A DNA stretch of 64,000 nt from a virus. The stretch spans positions 96,001 through 160,000 of IMG/VR virus record IMGVR_UViG_3300025436_000002; one strand, 5' to 3'. The position numbers and the translations under genes are program-made. Positions 27,434 to 37,048 of this stretch are shown piece by piece (the first letter of the stretch is position 1; the number at the start of each line of letters is the position of its first letter). The notes under the pieces are model-generated. The model was not told where the DNA came from. It did not search any database and was given only the letters and a program-made list of their open reading frames with translations.

Positions 27434-27921
27434 ATGTCAGATTAAAATTTAGTTCCAGTAATGACAAGTAGTACGGCTCCTAGTGGAGTAGCTAGTGCAA
27501 GTAGCGTGTATAGTTCTTCTTTTGCTGCATGGTATTCCTTTGATAACAATGTTAATACTTATTGGAGAAGTCTTTCTACCGTAAATAATAAATGGCTTCA
27601 ATATCAATTGACTAGCCAGAAGACGTTAACGGGTTATGCCATAACTGGGTACAATTCCTCCCACAATCCAGCATCATGGACTTTAAAAGGAAGTAATGAT
27701 GGTATAGGCTGGATAACATTGGATACTCAAACAGGTCAGAATACAGATAGAGGAGAGAGTATAGTATTTCTGGGATTAACAACTATACGTACGTCAAACT
27801 TGATAATTTAGTAGCTACTAATGGAGATATAGTATGGATACGTGAATTTGAAATTCTAGGTACTGACTATATAGCCCCTCCCTCAATAATACCTCGAGTG
27901 GTAAACTATTGGTCAATTTAA
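27434..27921 (+). pseudogene. F5/8 type C (discoidin) domain gene, disrupted
   Basis: MSD*NLVPVMTS..APSG.ASAS, FDNN.NTYW, WLQY, P.SWTL.GSNDG..W..LD; TAA at 27443 and a frameshift near 27750 to ...WIREFEILG. Confidence 0.75.
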
Positions 27922-27941
27922 CATCCTAAGGAACCAAGATT

Positions 27942-27968
27942 AAAAGAGAGTTGTAAGACTCTCTTTTT
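27942..27968 (+). terminator. intrinsic terminator
   Basis: aaaagagagtt-gta-agactctcttttt. Confidence 0.8.
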
Positions 27969-28030
27969 GTATTTAAAATGGAATTACTCATCCTACTGTA
28001 AAGAAAACTTAACATTTTAAAGTCTAAGGC

Positions 28031-28059
28031 TTGACAAATTAAAGAGGATAGTTTATACT
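28031..28059 (+). promoter_or_regulatory. sigma70-type promoter
   Basis: TTGACA-17-TATACT. Confidence 0.8.
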
Positions 28060-28065
28060 AAATAC

Positions 28066-28208
28066 ATAAAGACAAGTATTTTATAACGAATGTAGGTTGT
28101 ATCATGAAAGGAAGGAAACGTATGTAGCTTAGGCTATACTAAATAGCATCTAGTGGACTATATTATATTTAAGAATGGTGCTACTCCTTCGTGGGTGGTG
28201 CCATTTTT
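28066..28208 (+). ncRNA. candidate small RNA or attenuated leader
   Basis: ORF-free segment between the promoter and a GU-rich hairpin plus T tract (28174-28208). Confidence 0.35.
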
Positions 28209-28227
28209 GTTAACTTAGGGGTTGCAC

Positions 28228-28527
28228 ATGGAAAAAGATTATTTAGTTTTAATACTTATAGGGAATAACTATTTTTGTTACTATTATGACAAATCTAACT
28301 TTGAAGATAAGATATATCAAGACAGCAATTTTACTAGAATTTCTAATAGAAGTCAAGATTTCTTCATGAGGACTGATGATAGGATTTTAGCTCTGTCGGT
28401 TATATTCACCCACCATCAATTAGATATGATAGGTAAACGAGACTTCCCTAAAAAAGAAAAAGTTACCATTGTAACAGACCGTAATGAATTCGATAAGTAT
28501 TTAATGATATTTGAGTTACTTAAATAA
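28228..28527 (+). CDS. ELLK-tail family small protein
   Basis: MEKDYLVL...FDKYLMIFELLK*. Confidence 0.85.
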   Translation: MEKDYLVLILIGNNYFCYYYDKSNFEDKIYQDSNFTRISNRSQDFFMRTDDRILALSVIFTHHQLDMIGKRDFPKKEKVTIVTDRNEFDKYLMIFELLK

Positions 28528-28542
28528 AACTTAACATTACTC

Positions 28543-28571
28543 TTGACAAACCACTCAGGTTCTGGTATTCT
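28543..28571 (+). promoter_or_regulatory. sigma70-type promoter
   Basis: TTGACA-17-(TG)TATTCT. Confidence 0.75.
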
Positions 28572-28591
28572 TATTAAATAATGAGGTATCT

Positions 28592-28837
28592 ATGAAAGAA
28601 TATATAGCTGAATATTCAACAAATAGGCATATAAGAAGATACTATGTTCGAGAAGGGGAGTTATTCTACAATTTATATAGTCCTTTCTCAGACGGTAGCG
28701 AAGAGAAAAAAGACGTATACAATAACAGTGTTCATGCTCTATCCATTGGGATGTATTTTGTAAACGCATCTAAACTAGTAATACTAAATCAAGGTCTTGT
28801 TGATAAGTATCTTATGCTGGAGGAACTAATGCGGTGA
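28592..28837 (+). CDS. ELLK-tail family small protein
   Basis: MKEYIA...VDKYLMLEELMR*. Confidence 0.85.
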   Translation: MKEYIAEYSTNRHIRRYYVREGELFYNLYSPFSDGSEEKKDVYNNSVHALSIGMYFVNASKLVILNQGLVDKYLMLEELMR

Positions 28838-29160
28838 GAGAGTACCCTGAAAAGAAAGAGACTGGCTTTGTCGAACAACACGTTTTTATGTGTCTCCATA
28901 ACCCAAATAGACTCCCTGAATATTATCATAAACCAGTAGAGTCCAAGTTTTATATATCTGAAGGACAGAGTTATTACTATTTATTTCAAAATCAATCTTT
29001 GAAGTTTTATACCTCCAATTCAGGCCTCTTAATAAAAGTTCACCACGGCAACCCCCAGAAATCCTTAAACCATTTTAAATATAATAGACTAAACTACGAT
29101 ATAATTACTAATAAAAAAGAAATAAGAAAACACTTAATGATGAAGGAGTTATTGAAATGA
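28834..29160 (+). CDS. ELLK-tail family small protein
   Basis: IRKHLMMKELLK*. Confidence 0.85.
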   Translation: MREYPEKKETGFVEQHVFMCLHNPNRLPEYYHKPVESKFYISEGQSYYYLFQNQSLKFYTSNSGLLIKVHHGNPQKSLNHFKYNRLNYDIITNKKEIRKHLMMKELLK

Positions 29161-29879
29161 AAAGATGGACTAAAGAAGAAACAGGATTGCTTAAACAAAA
29201 CATGGATGCTACACTGTTAAATTTAAAACAACTACTACCTGACAGAACCGAAGACATGATTATTGAGAAAATTAAAGTGCTCTATCGTCAAGTTGCCTTT
29301 GATAGATGGAACGAAGACGAGTTAAACATCATTAGAGCCAATCCTAATAGATCAGTATTTGAACTACTCAAGCTATTGCCTAATAGAACTTTTAGTGCTA
29401 TTGTGTCAAAGAGGGCTGAGATACGTGGAACTATGGGAGTATCCCGAGATAACAGAGTTGCATGGAGTACTGAAGATATATCTCAATTAAAATATCTCAA
29501 ATCAGAAGGTTACACGAATTACGAGATAGCCTTAACTTTAGGTAGACCTTTAAATTCAGTCATTGGAAGATTATCTACTGAGAGTCTGATGACTCGAAAA
29601 TCAAGGGGACATGCTTGGACACCTAAAGAACTTGAACTTGTACGGGAGAAGGTGGCTGGGAAAGTATCTATCGAAGCTATAGGTAGAGAGTTAAATTTAC
29701 CAACTAATAAAGTCTTCCAGAAAGCAATACACCTAGGATTTAGATCAGCTGAGATAGTAACAGCTAGTAGTCATACTCGTAAAGAGGCTTCAGTCCTTAG
29801 AGAACAGATAAAAGAACTAACCCGTAGAATAAAGATACAGGATAAGACTATAATTAAATTATCTAAAAAACAGGTTTAG
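29157..29879 (+). CDS. Myb/SANT-like HTH repeat DNA-binding protein
   Basis: Four W(T/S/N)xE(E/D) repeats with LP.RT or LGR motifs. Confidence 0.7.
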   Translation: MKRWTKEETGLLKQNMDATLLNLKQLLPDRTEDMIIEKIKVLYRQVAFDRWNEDELNIIRANPNRSVFELLKLLPNRTFSAIVSKRAEIRGTMGVSRDNRVAWSTEDISQLKYLKSEGYTNYEIALTLGRPLNSVIGRLSTESLMTRKSRGHAWTPKELELVREKVAGKVSIEAIGRELNLPTNKVFQKAIHLGFRSAEIVTASSHTRKEASVLREQIKELTRRIKIQDKTIIKLSKKQV

Positions 29880-29945
29880 GTATTGACATTTAAGATAACA
29901 TCCTTTATACCGTGAGTATGTAGTAGACGATTAAGGAGATAAACC

Positions 29946-30326
29946 ATGAAATGTGAATTTTGTCATATACCTTTAGCTAACGAACCAACCCTTCAAGAGT
30001 ATTTCTACCAAAAGAAGAGAGAGTTCGTTCCAACTCTTCCGACTCTATTTGATGAGTGCCAAATAGAGATAGAACAAAAGTGTATTTGTCCTAAGTGTTT
30101 TATGGCAGGTAGAATCCAACCTGAAGATATATTTATTCAGACTTTTGGATTTGCCCAAAGTGACGTTACCTATGAGTCTATAAAAGAAAAAGTACTTACA
30201 GAAGTTAAGGATAGAATTAAATCAATGGGAGAAACTCAAAAACTTTTAAAGAGAGAGATTGACATATATAAAAAATATCTAATTCCTAAGAAAGAGAAGA
30301 AGACTAAGAAGGTAAAAGGTGTTTAA
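29946..30326 (+). CDS. zinc-finger hypothetical protein
   Basis: CEFC...CPKC. Confidence 0.7.
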   Translation: MKCEFCHIPLANEPTLQEYFYQKKREFVPTLPTLFDECQIEIEQKCICPKCFMAGRIQPEDIFIQTFGFAQSDVTYESIKEKVLTEVKDRIKSMGETQKLLKREIDIYKKYLIPKKEKKTKKVKGV

Positions 30327-30558
30327 TGTGGAAGATTTCACAGCTAGGCAGGTATACGAAATAGCTTATAAACTACGAAGGCTTCCAGAGTGTACTGAGA
30401 AAATGCTTGATAGAAAAATAAAACCTTCAAAGCTTAACTCATGTAAGTGTGTAGTTTGTGATGTTATATTTATGTATACATCTGATCGAAAAAAGACTTG
30501 CTCAGTTAAACGTGGGGACGTATATACTGAAAGATTAGAGTCTGGGTTTTATGGATAG
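30319..30558 (+). CDS. hypothetical protein
   Basis: CVVC...F...KTCS motif. Confidence 0.55.
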   Translation: MFNVEDFTARQVYEIAYKLRRLPECTEKMLDRKIKPSKLNSCKCVVCDVIFMYTSDRKKTCSVKRGDVYTERLESGFYG

Positions 30559-30784
30559 AGAGTACGTTGCTCTATCCGTAGGAAAGGAATATGGAACTAT
30601 ATCTTTGAAGTTCTTCTTTAAGGATGGAAGGCTTTATCATGAGACTAGGGCAGGCTCTACTCAGATGAGTCATCTTAGAACTTTAAGAGGTTTGCGTAAC
30701 GCATATAAAGGTGCATTGTATGTAGAAATAGTGACTGGCAAAGAAGTTGCTAAGTACTTGATGTTAGAGGAACTTAAGAAATGA
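30551..30784 (+). CDS. ELLK-tail family small protein (tandem paralog of 30781)
   Basis: EYVALSV...FFKDG.LY.ET; VAKYLMLEELKK*. Confidence 0.85.
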   Translation: MDREYVALSVGKEYGTISLKFFFKDGRLYHETRAGSTQMSHLRTLRGLRNAYKGALYVEIVTGKEVAKYLMLEELKK

Positions 30785-31017
30785 TAAAAGAGTATGTAGC
30801 ACTTTCCGTAGACAAAACTTGTAATTTTATCAATCTAAAATATTTTTTTAAGGACGGAGTTCTCTATTGCGAAACATATAAAAAGTACAGCATGATGATT
30901 AGTCAACATAAATCTTTGGAAGAACTTATTGAGGGGTTTACACACTCTAAATCAAATAAACTCATAGTGGGTAGGGAAATGGGTAAGTATCTTATGATAC
31001 TAGAGTTAATGAAATAA
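30781..31017 (+). CDS. ELLK-tail family small protein
   Basis: MGKYLMILELMK*. Confidence 0.85.
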   Translation: MIKEYVALSVDKTCNFINLKYFFKDGVLYCETYKKYSMMISQHKSLEELIEGFTHSKSNKLIVGREMGKYLMILELMK

Positions 31018-31027
31018 GGAGATAAAC

Positions 31028-32200
31028 ATGGGAACTGAAATTAAAAGATCATTGGCAAGTATACAAGAGATACTAGACATTCAACCTATATACGGTGCTG
31101 ACATGATAGAAGTAGCAACAGTACTCGGCTGGAATGTTGTAGTAAAGAAAGGAGAGTTTAAAGTCTCTGACAAAGTTGCATACTTTGAAATAGACTCATG
31201 GATTCCAAATAGGGTTGCTCCCTTCCTTACAAAAGAGGGTAAAGAACCCAGTGTATACGAAAATACTAGAGGAGAGAGACTCAGGACTATTAAACTACGC
31301 AAACAGATAAGTCAAGGCTTGATACTCCCATTAGCAAATGTAGGAATGTTTGAACCTATAATAGGTGAGAAGTTACAAGTAGGTTTAGATATAACAGATA
31401 AACTTGGAATTAAACTCTATGAGAAAGAAGTAAAGACTTTCGTAGGAGGAGTCGCTGTAAGCACGGGTAAGTCGTTCCCTTCATTCATACCTAAGACCGA
31501 TCAAGCTCGTGTACAAAACATTTATAATAAATACTCAGAATCCTATGCTGAAGAGACCTTTGAAGAGAGCTTAAAAATGGATGGAAGTTCATGCACAATC
31601 TACTATAAAAGTGGAGTATTCGGAGTTTGTAGCAGAAATGTAGACTTAGAAGATCCAGATAGAGTTATCCCCGTAAGTAAGTTTAAAATATTTCTTAATA
31701 AAATACTTCCTTTCATCTTTAAAAAACCAGTTCAATTTAAAGTAGCTCCTAATAATTTCTGGAAAATAGCTAAGGAAGAAAGACTTCATGAAATACTTCC
31801 TCAAATTTGTAATATGGCTGGAGAAGACTATGCTATCCAAGGGGAACTTGTCGGAGACGGTATAAATGGGAATAGAGATAAGTTTAAAGGTCACTTCCTG
31901 TATGTCTTTGATATCTTTAATATAACTACTGGAAAGTACATGCTCCCAGCTGAACGAAGATCTCTTATAAATAATCTAAATATCACTTTTGGATGTACTC
32001 TAAAACATGTTCCTATAACAAACGAGTCCATTCAACCCTTTAAATTCTCCCTAAACGGGTTATTAATTGAGGCAGGAGGTTCTGCACTAAATACTAAAAA
32101 TAGGGAGGGAGTTGTTTACAAATCCAATAGATATATCGATGGAAATATCTTCTCTTTTAAAGTTATAAATAATAAGTACTTGCTTGAGGAGGAGGATTAA
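31028..32200 (+). CDS. ATP-dependent RNA ligase (DRB0094-type)
   Basis: KMDGSS, QGELVG, FDI, EGVV, FKVIN nucleotidyltransferase motifs; N-terminal OB-like AD.IE.A.V.GW and SQGL. Confidence 0.9.
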   Translation: MGTEIKRSLASIQEILDIQPIYGADMIEVATVLGWNVVVKKGEFKVSDKVAYFEIDSWIPNRVAPFLTKEGKEPSVYENTRGERLRTIKLRKQISQGLILPLANVGMFEPIIGEKLQVGLDITDKLGIKLYEKEVKTFVGGVAVSTGKSFPSFIPKTDQARVQNIYNKYSESYAEETFEESLKMDGSSCTIYYKSGVFGVCSRNVDLEDPDRVIPVSKFKIFLNKILPFIFKKPVQFKVAPNNFWKIAKEERLHEILPQICNMAGEDYAIQGELVGDGINGNRDKFKGHFLYVFDIFNITTGKYMLPAERRSLINNLNITFGCTLKHVPITNESIQPFKFSLNGLLIEAGGSALNTKNREGVVYKSNRYIDGNIFSFKVINNKYLLEEED

Positions 32201-32201
32201 C

Positions 32202-32444
32202 ATGGGTATCCTTAAAATAATTAAGAATTGGTTATTTCCTATTAAGAAAGTTAAAGTTTATAATAATACGTATACTATGTCTACATCCATGGCTAAAAGA
32301 CTTGACTTTAGAGGCATGCCTATAATGACATGTCATGTGTGCGGTAAAAAAACATATGAACATAACACAAAAACTTGGCTGAGGTACTGTTGGCAATGTG
32401 AAACTCAGCATGTAAAATATGATACCATGTCTAGATGGTGGTAA
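32202..32444 (+). CDS. Zn-ribbon small protein
   Basis: CHVC...CWQC; GGAGG SD. Confidence 0.65.
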   Translation: MGILKIIKNWLFPIKKVKVYNNTYTMSTSMAKRLDFRGMPIMTCHVCGKKTYEHNTKTWLRYCWQCETQHVKYDTMSRWW

Positions 32445-32448
32445 GCAG

Positions 32449-32477
32449 TTGACAAACTTATAGACATGTGTCATAAT
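32449..32477 (+). promoter_or_regulatory. sigma70-type promoter
   Basis: TTGACA-17-(TG)CATAAT. Confidence 0.7.
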
Positions 32478-32498
32478 GTATTCAAAGGAGATAGCTAC

Positions 32499-33098
32499 TT
32501 GAAATTTAATATAATAACGGCAGATTGTCCATGGACATACTCTAATAAAAAGAATAACAATCCTAAAATGGGAGGCATTACTTATGATGTTATGAGTAAT
32601 GAAGATATTTGTAAAATTCCCGTAGGAGATCTAGCTGACAAAGATTGTCTTTTATTCATGTGGGCTACCATGCCTAAACTTCCAGAAGCTCTTGAAGTCA
32701 TGAAGGCTTGGGGTTTCAAGTATACAACTTGTCCAATCGTGTGGGTTAAGCTAAACCCTAAAGGTTCTATAACTAAGGACGGCAAAGATATAACTCTAGT
32801 TCGGGGGGTGTATAGTGGGATGGGACACTACACTAATGGAAATGCAGAAATACTGCTCATGGGTAAAAAAGGAACTCCTAAAAGATTCGAGAAGAATGTT
32901 AAACAGATTCAACTCCATGCTCGGGGGAAACATTCTGAAAAACCAAATGAAGTGTATGATGAAATTGTAAGATTTGCAGGGGACTTACCTCGAGTAGAAC
33001 TCTTTGCTAGGAAAGGTAGGGTAGGTTGGACGGCTCTTGGGGGAGACATTTCTGGAAACGACATAACTGAGGATATAAAGAGGATTATAAAAATATGA
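32499..33098 (+). CDS. MT-A70 family N6-adenine methyltransferase
   Basis: ADCPW (DPPW-like), LFMWAT, AWGF.Y, WVK, HSEKP, ELFAR; TTG start after AAGGAG. Confidence 0.85.
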   Translation: MKFNIITADCPWTYSNKKNNNPKMGGITYDVMSNEDICKIPVGDLADKDCLLFMWATMPKLPEALEVMKAWGFKYTTCPIVWVKLNPKGSITKDGKDITLVRGVYSGMGHYTNGNAEILLMGKKGTPKRFEKNVKQIQLHARGKHSEKPNEVYDEIVRFAGDLPRVELFARKGRVGWTALGGDISGNDITEDIKRIIKI

Positions 33099-33448
33099 CA
33101 ATGATACAAAGAATGAGCATTGAACAACTTAGAAAAGAGCTAGATCTTATAGACCAGTCTATTCGGGATAAGGAACTGCAACGTAAGGAAGTAGATAAGG
33201 AACTCTACATGAAAGTGTACGGCTTTGAGGTTGGGGATATCGTAGTATATGAAGGTATTGAAGGCGTTATAGGTTTCGTATCTGAAGGTACTCGGGTATC
33301 CCCCGTACTCTATAAAAGGAATAAAAACGGAGAGTTCTCTAAAAAATACACTATCGTCTGTATATGTAATTGGGGTAATCGTAGGGATGATTCATTTAAA
33401 GTTATAGGCAAACAATTATCTCTCATAGGAGTAGATTATGGAAATTGA
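33095..33448 (+). CDS. hypothetical protein
   Basis: Coiled coil plus FEVGDIV; ATGA overlap. Confidence 0.7.
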   Translation: MTMIQRMSIEQLRKELDLIDQSIRDKELQRKEVDKELYMKVYGFEVGDIVVYEGIEGVIGFVSEGTRVSPVLYKRNKNGEFSKKYTIVCICNWGNRRDDSFKVIGKQLSLIGVDYGN

Positions 33449-34394
33449 AACCTCCTCAAATTGTGGAATATATAAGATAACAAACCTACTGCCTGATGCT
33501 GAAACAGGCATTCTTAAAGTACATATTGGAAGTTCAATAGATTTACGTGGTAGGCGAAAATATCACTTTAGTAAATTGGACACCTGTAAACATAAGAATG
33601 CCTATCTACAAAATGCCTATAATAAGATTAAGGATAGCTACGGAGATGACAGAGTCAAAGAATATTTTAAATGGGAAATACTTGAGGAGATAGAAAGTAA
33701 CCCTTGTAAGTTAGAATTAAGGGAAACCATACTCTCCCTAGAACAATCTTACCTTGATAAATATATCTTGGAGGGCAGTCTAAATCTAGATCGAGATAGA
33801 TGTTATAACATGTGTCCTAACGCAAGTAATAGGCTAGGTCATATTGTCTCGGAAGAGACGAGATTAAAAATAGGTCTAAGTAGTCTTGGTAGAAAGTATC
33901 CTTTAAGACATAGAACTTACACCCCAGAGCATAGAAAGGCTATGAGTGATCTATTTAAGGGTAGAACGGTCAGTCCTGAGTGGAGGACTAAGATATCTAA
34001 AAGTCTCCTAGGTAGAAAACATTCTGAGGAGACTAAATTAAAAATGAGTTTAAATAACAGAAGTAAAGACACTGAAGTTCGAAATAAGATGAGTATGTCC
34101 GCTAAAAGAAATATGACGGAAGCTAAGAAGCAGTATTTAAGAGATATAAATGTGGGTAAAAAAGCTTCCGAAGAGGCTATTCTAAACATGAGACTATCTC
34201 ATAAAAATAAGAGGGGAGTTCTGAATCTAACAACTGGAGAATATTTCGAGAGTTTAGCTGATGCAGCTCGACATTACAATCTTAAACGACCCCACACTAT
34301 CTGTGAAGTATGTAAGAATAAGATTGGAAGGAAGACTTATGGGGGATTCAGATGGGCATACGCAGATATTTTAAAGGAGATTAACTATGGGTAA
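33438..34394 (+). CDS. GIY-YIG homing endonuclease with NUMOD3/NUMOD1 repeats
   Basis: GIYKITN...HIGSS, H.N..LQ.A, EQ.Y, YN; repeats HSEETKLKMS; F.SLADAAR. Confidence 0.85.
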   Translation: MEIETSSNCGIYKITNLLPDAETGILKVHIGSSIDLRGRRKYHFSKLDTCKHKNAYLQNAYNKIKDSYGDDRVKEYFKWEILEEIESNPCKLELRETILSLEQSYLDKYILEGSLNLDRDRCYNMCPNASNRLGHIVSEETRLKIGLSSLGRKYPLRHRTYTPEHRKAMSDLFKGRTVSPEWRTKISKSLLGRKHSEETKLKMSLNNRSKDTEVRNKMSMSAKRNMTEAKKQYLRDINVGKKASEEAILNMRLSHKNKRGVLNLTTGEYFESLADAARHYNLKRPHTICEVCKNKIGRKTYGGFRWAYADILKEINYG

Positions 34395-34812
34395 GTGTGC
34401 AATTTTTGACATCGACATGACTATTATAGATTCGGCATGGGTGTGGAAATACTTAGCCGAATGTGGAACTTTTTCAAATGCGTATGACAAGTATGGAGAT
34501 CAAGATGTACCTATTCAGGGTACAATCGATTTAATTAAGAACTTAGACTTTTCGTGTGTAGAAATAATATTCCTTTCTGCAAGACCTGAAGAAGATAGAG
34601 CTAGGACTGAAAACTCCCTCAAAAAGCTATTCCCAAATATGATTTTTAATTTAATACTTGTGGGATATTCTGATGGGATAGCTGAAAGAAAAGAAACTGT
34701 ACTAAAAGACATCCAAGCTAACAAAGATATCATGTTCTTTATAGATGATGATAGAGAGAATTGTATTAGGGCAAATAGACTTGGAATAACTACATTTAAT
34801 ATATTAACATAA
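34387..34812 (+). CDS. HAD phosphatase (PNK 3'-phosphatase-like)
   Basis: DIDMT, LSAR, K, IDD motifs. Confidence 0.8.
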   Translation: MGKCAIFDIDMTIIDSAWVWKYLAECGTFSNAYDKYGDQDVPIQGTIDLIKNLDFSCVEIIFLSARPEEDRARTENSLKKLFPNMIFNLILVGYSDGIAERKETVLKDIQANKDIMFFIDDDRENCIRANRLGITTFNILT

Positions 34813-34814
34813 AA

Positions 34815-34880
34815 CGTAACATTAACTTAATAAACTATAGAAACAGACTTGTAATTGAGTCTGTTTTGTGTTATATTGAT
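34815..34880 (+). promoter_or_regulatory. stem-loop sigma70-type promoter module
   Basis: IR aaacagactt/gagtctgttt; TTGTAA 34849; TG-TATATT 34872. Confidence 0.8.
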
Positions 34881-34905
34881 AACGTAGGTTATATGAGGAC
34901 ACGTT

Positions 34906-35181
34906 TTGGGTATTCGTGATAGAGAAAATTTAATAGCTATTTGGGTTTGCTTAGAGGGTGAAGAAAAATATTTGGGAAGGTATATTAAATTTTTTCAGAC
35001 TGGAAATATAATCTACATGGGTGAGAGTAACCTACGCTCTGAGAGTACTAAGCTCCAGAGAACATCTTGGAAAAATAAAGAGACTTTACAAGACTGCTTA
35101 GGTGCCATGGAAGACTTTAAACTTATAGTAGATCACGGAACTTTAAATAGGTATTTGATGGTGGAGGAACTGGGAAGGTGA
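34906..35181 (+). CDS. ELLK-tail family small protein
   Basis: LNRYLMVEELGR*. Confidence 0.8.
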   Translation: MGIRDRENLIAIWVCLEGEEKYLGRYIKFFQTGNIIYMGESNLRSESTKLQRTSWKNKETLQDCLGAMEDFKLIVDHGTLNRYLMVEELGR

Positions 35182-35325
35182 ATGTAGATGTTAGAAGAGT
35201 CCTAGACGTTGTTCGATGTGAATTTGACGTAACTACCCATGAGTTTAGTTCCGAGTTCATGGATATATATAACTCATTAGTTAATCTTTCGGATGAGGAA
35301 TTGGATAGACTTTACGAGCTGTCAA

Positions 35326-35571
35326 ATGACTAGAGACTATATAGCTATGATAATATTCTCAAAAAGTAATGAACCTGCTATAGGATATTTCTGGGGAATG
35401 GGCTGTCTACATCATGAGTACTTTATATATCGAGACAATGAACCTATGGTAGGAGTAGTTAACTTTAAGTTGGAGAACATACGTGAAGCATGTACGGATA
35501 GTCTTACTCTATATATGTTAGAAGGAAAAGAATTAGTTAAATACTCAATGACTAGAGAATTATTGAAATAA
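35326..35571 (+). CDS. ELLK-tail family small protein
   Basis: MTRDYIAM...LVKYSMTRELLK*. Confidence 0.8.
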   Translation: MTRDYIAMIIFSKSNEPAIGYFWGMGCLHHEYFIYRDNEPMVGVVNFKLENIREACTDSLTLYMLEGKELVKYSMTRELLK

Positions 35572-35581
35572 GGAGAAAAAC

Positions 35582-35776
35582 ATGAAAGAACCTAAAGGGC
35601 TTGCACACTTGAGTGATAACTTAGAGAAGTTAAGGAATAGAATTATAGACCTTGCTAATCTTGAACAGAAGGCTATCAATGCACAGGATGTTAGACTCTT
35701 AAATGAAGTTGTTGAGAAACAAAATAGAATATATCTTGAGCTTGCTAAGACAAAACCTTTCCATATTGAGGAGTAG
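35582..35776 (+). CDS. small coiled-coil protein
   Basis: AAGGAG SD. Confidence 0.7.
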   Translation: MKEPKGLAHLSDNLEKLRNRIIDLANLEQKAINAQDVRLLNEVVEKQNRIYLELAKTKPFHIEE

Positions 35777-35778
35777 CC

Positions 35779-36057
35779 ATGGATGAGACTAAGTATATCT
35801 TATTGGCTCTTTATGAAGATTATCTGGGAGAGACTTTCTATGAGAAGTATTACAAAACTTCTGGAGGAAGTATTGTCTTTTACAGCGTTGGGAAGAATAA
35901 CAGTTTTAGAGGTATTACTAAACTGCGTTCTTTAAAGTGGCTTATAAGACGTTTATCTAAAAGACAGTCTGTGAAAAATCATTGTACTCTTGTAAGATAT
36001 ACTATCGACCCTGGAGAGATAAGTAAGTTTTTAATGGTGGAGGAGCTGTTGAAATGA
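35779..36057 (+). CDS. ELLK-tail family small protein (paralog of 36054)
   Basis: SLKWLI.R; ISKFLMVEELLK*. Confidence 0.85.
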   Translation: MDETKYILLALYEDYLGETFYEKYYKTSGGSIVFYSVGKNNSFRGITKLRSLKWLIRRLSKRQSVKNHCTLVRYTIDPGEISKFLMVEELLK

Positions 36058-36329
36058 TAAATAATAGAATAATACTTATAGTTATTTATGAGTCTGACTC
36101 TGATGTGATGAACTGTACTCAAATGTACTTTAGAGGAGATCGTGGCAAGGTATGTGGACGGGAGTATTATCATGGATCTCGGGATTATTTTGAATTTAAC
36201 ACGGGGCTATCCTCCCTCAAATGGTTGATAAAACGTATTAAAAAACAGTCTCTGTTGTTCAGTGAAACTATAATACAAGAACCACATAAGATAAATAAAT
36301 TTTTAATGACACAGGAGTTACTTAGATGA
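36054..36329 (+). CDS. ELLK-tail family small protein
   Basis: INKFLMTQELLR*. Confidence 0.85.
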   Translation: MINNRIILIVIYESDSDVMNCTQMYFRGDRGKVCGREYYHGSRDYFEFNTGLSSLKWLIKRIKKQSLLFSETIIQEPHKINKFLMTQELLR

Positions 36330-36595
36330 ATAGAGAATATATATCAGTCAGTTACTACCGTAGACGAAATGATTTAAAATATATAATTAAGATATATTTC
36401 TATTACGAAGGAATTATCTCCTACACGTATAATGATAATGTATACTCCACAGGTCGTAAGTATTTTAAAGCTTTTATCAATAGCGAACAAAAAAGTATCT
36501 TGCAAAATAAATATACAATGGGGTTTGATAGAGGCTTCGTACATGGAGTACAAGAAGTTAATAAATGTTTAATGATGTTGGAGTTATTGAAATGA
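36326..36595 (+). CDS. ELLK-tail family small protein
   Basis: MNREYISVS...VNKCLMMLELLK*. Confidence 0.85.
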   Translation: MNREYISVSYYRRRNDLKYIIKIYFYYEGIISYTYNDNVYSTGRKYFKAFINSEQKSILQNKYTMGFDRGFVHGVQEVNKCLMMLELLK

Positions 36596-36819
36596 GAAGA
36601 TTTAATAGAAAAGAAGATGCTCCTTTTGGCTCGTCATGGATAAGAGTTGCTGGGAAGTTTAAATCTGAGACAACTAAAGCTCTTGGATTTGAGTATAAAG
36701 ATTATGGAACAGTTTGGCTTCCTAAATCTAAAATGTACTGTATTGACAATGGCGTTACTGAGATAAACTACTATGTCCAAAAATGGTGTCTTGCTAATAG
36801 TAAAATTAAAATTGTATAA
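36592..36819 (+). CDS. small phage protein (WLPKS motif)
   Basis: ET.KA...VWLPKS; ATGA-coupled. Confidence 0.7.
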   Translation: MRRFNRKEDAPFGSSWIRVAGKFKSETTKALGFEYKDYGTVWLPKSKMYCIDNGVTEINYYVQKWCLANSKIKIV

Positions 36820-36827
36820 GGGAATCG

Positions 36828-37043
36828 ATGAAAAATATTGACATAGCAAAAACAATTGATGGTGAAGGTACTTACTATTTAGATAGATATAGAGGAGGCA
36901 CTGTTTGGTTAAGCTATAAAGACTTATCTGGTCTGGTGTCCGACTCTTTGGAACTTTTTTTAAAATACCATAACGCAATAACTCTCCTAATCTCCGAGAA
37001 AGAATTAAACAATTTACTCATGGCAGAGGAACTTGGTAAGTAA
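36828..37043 (+). CDS. ELLK-tail family small protein
   Basis: LNNLLMAEELGK*. Confidence 0.75.
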   Translation: MKNIDIAKTIDGEGTYYLDRYRGGTVWLSYKDLSGLVSDSLELFLKYHNAITLLISEKELNNLLMAEELGK

Positions 37044-37048
37044 AGTAA

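Noticed and set aside
1-37043. Arrays as a CRISPR array or a true integron
   Set aside because: The repeats are degenerate, protein-coding and 200-400 bp apart. There are no attC-like palindromes and no cas or integrase gene in the window.
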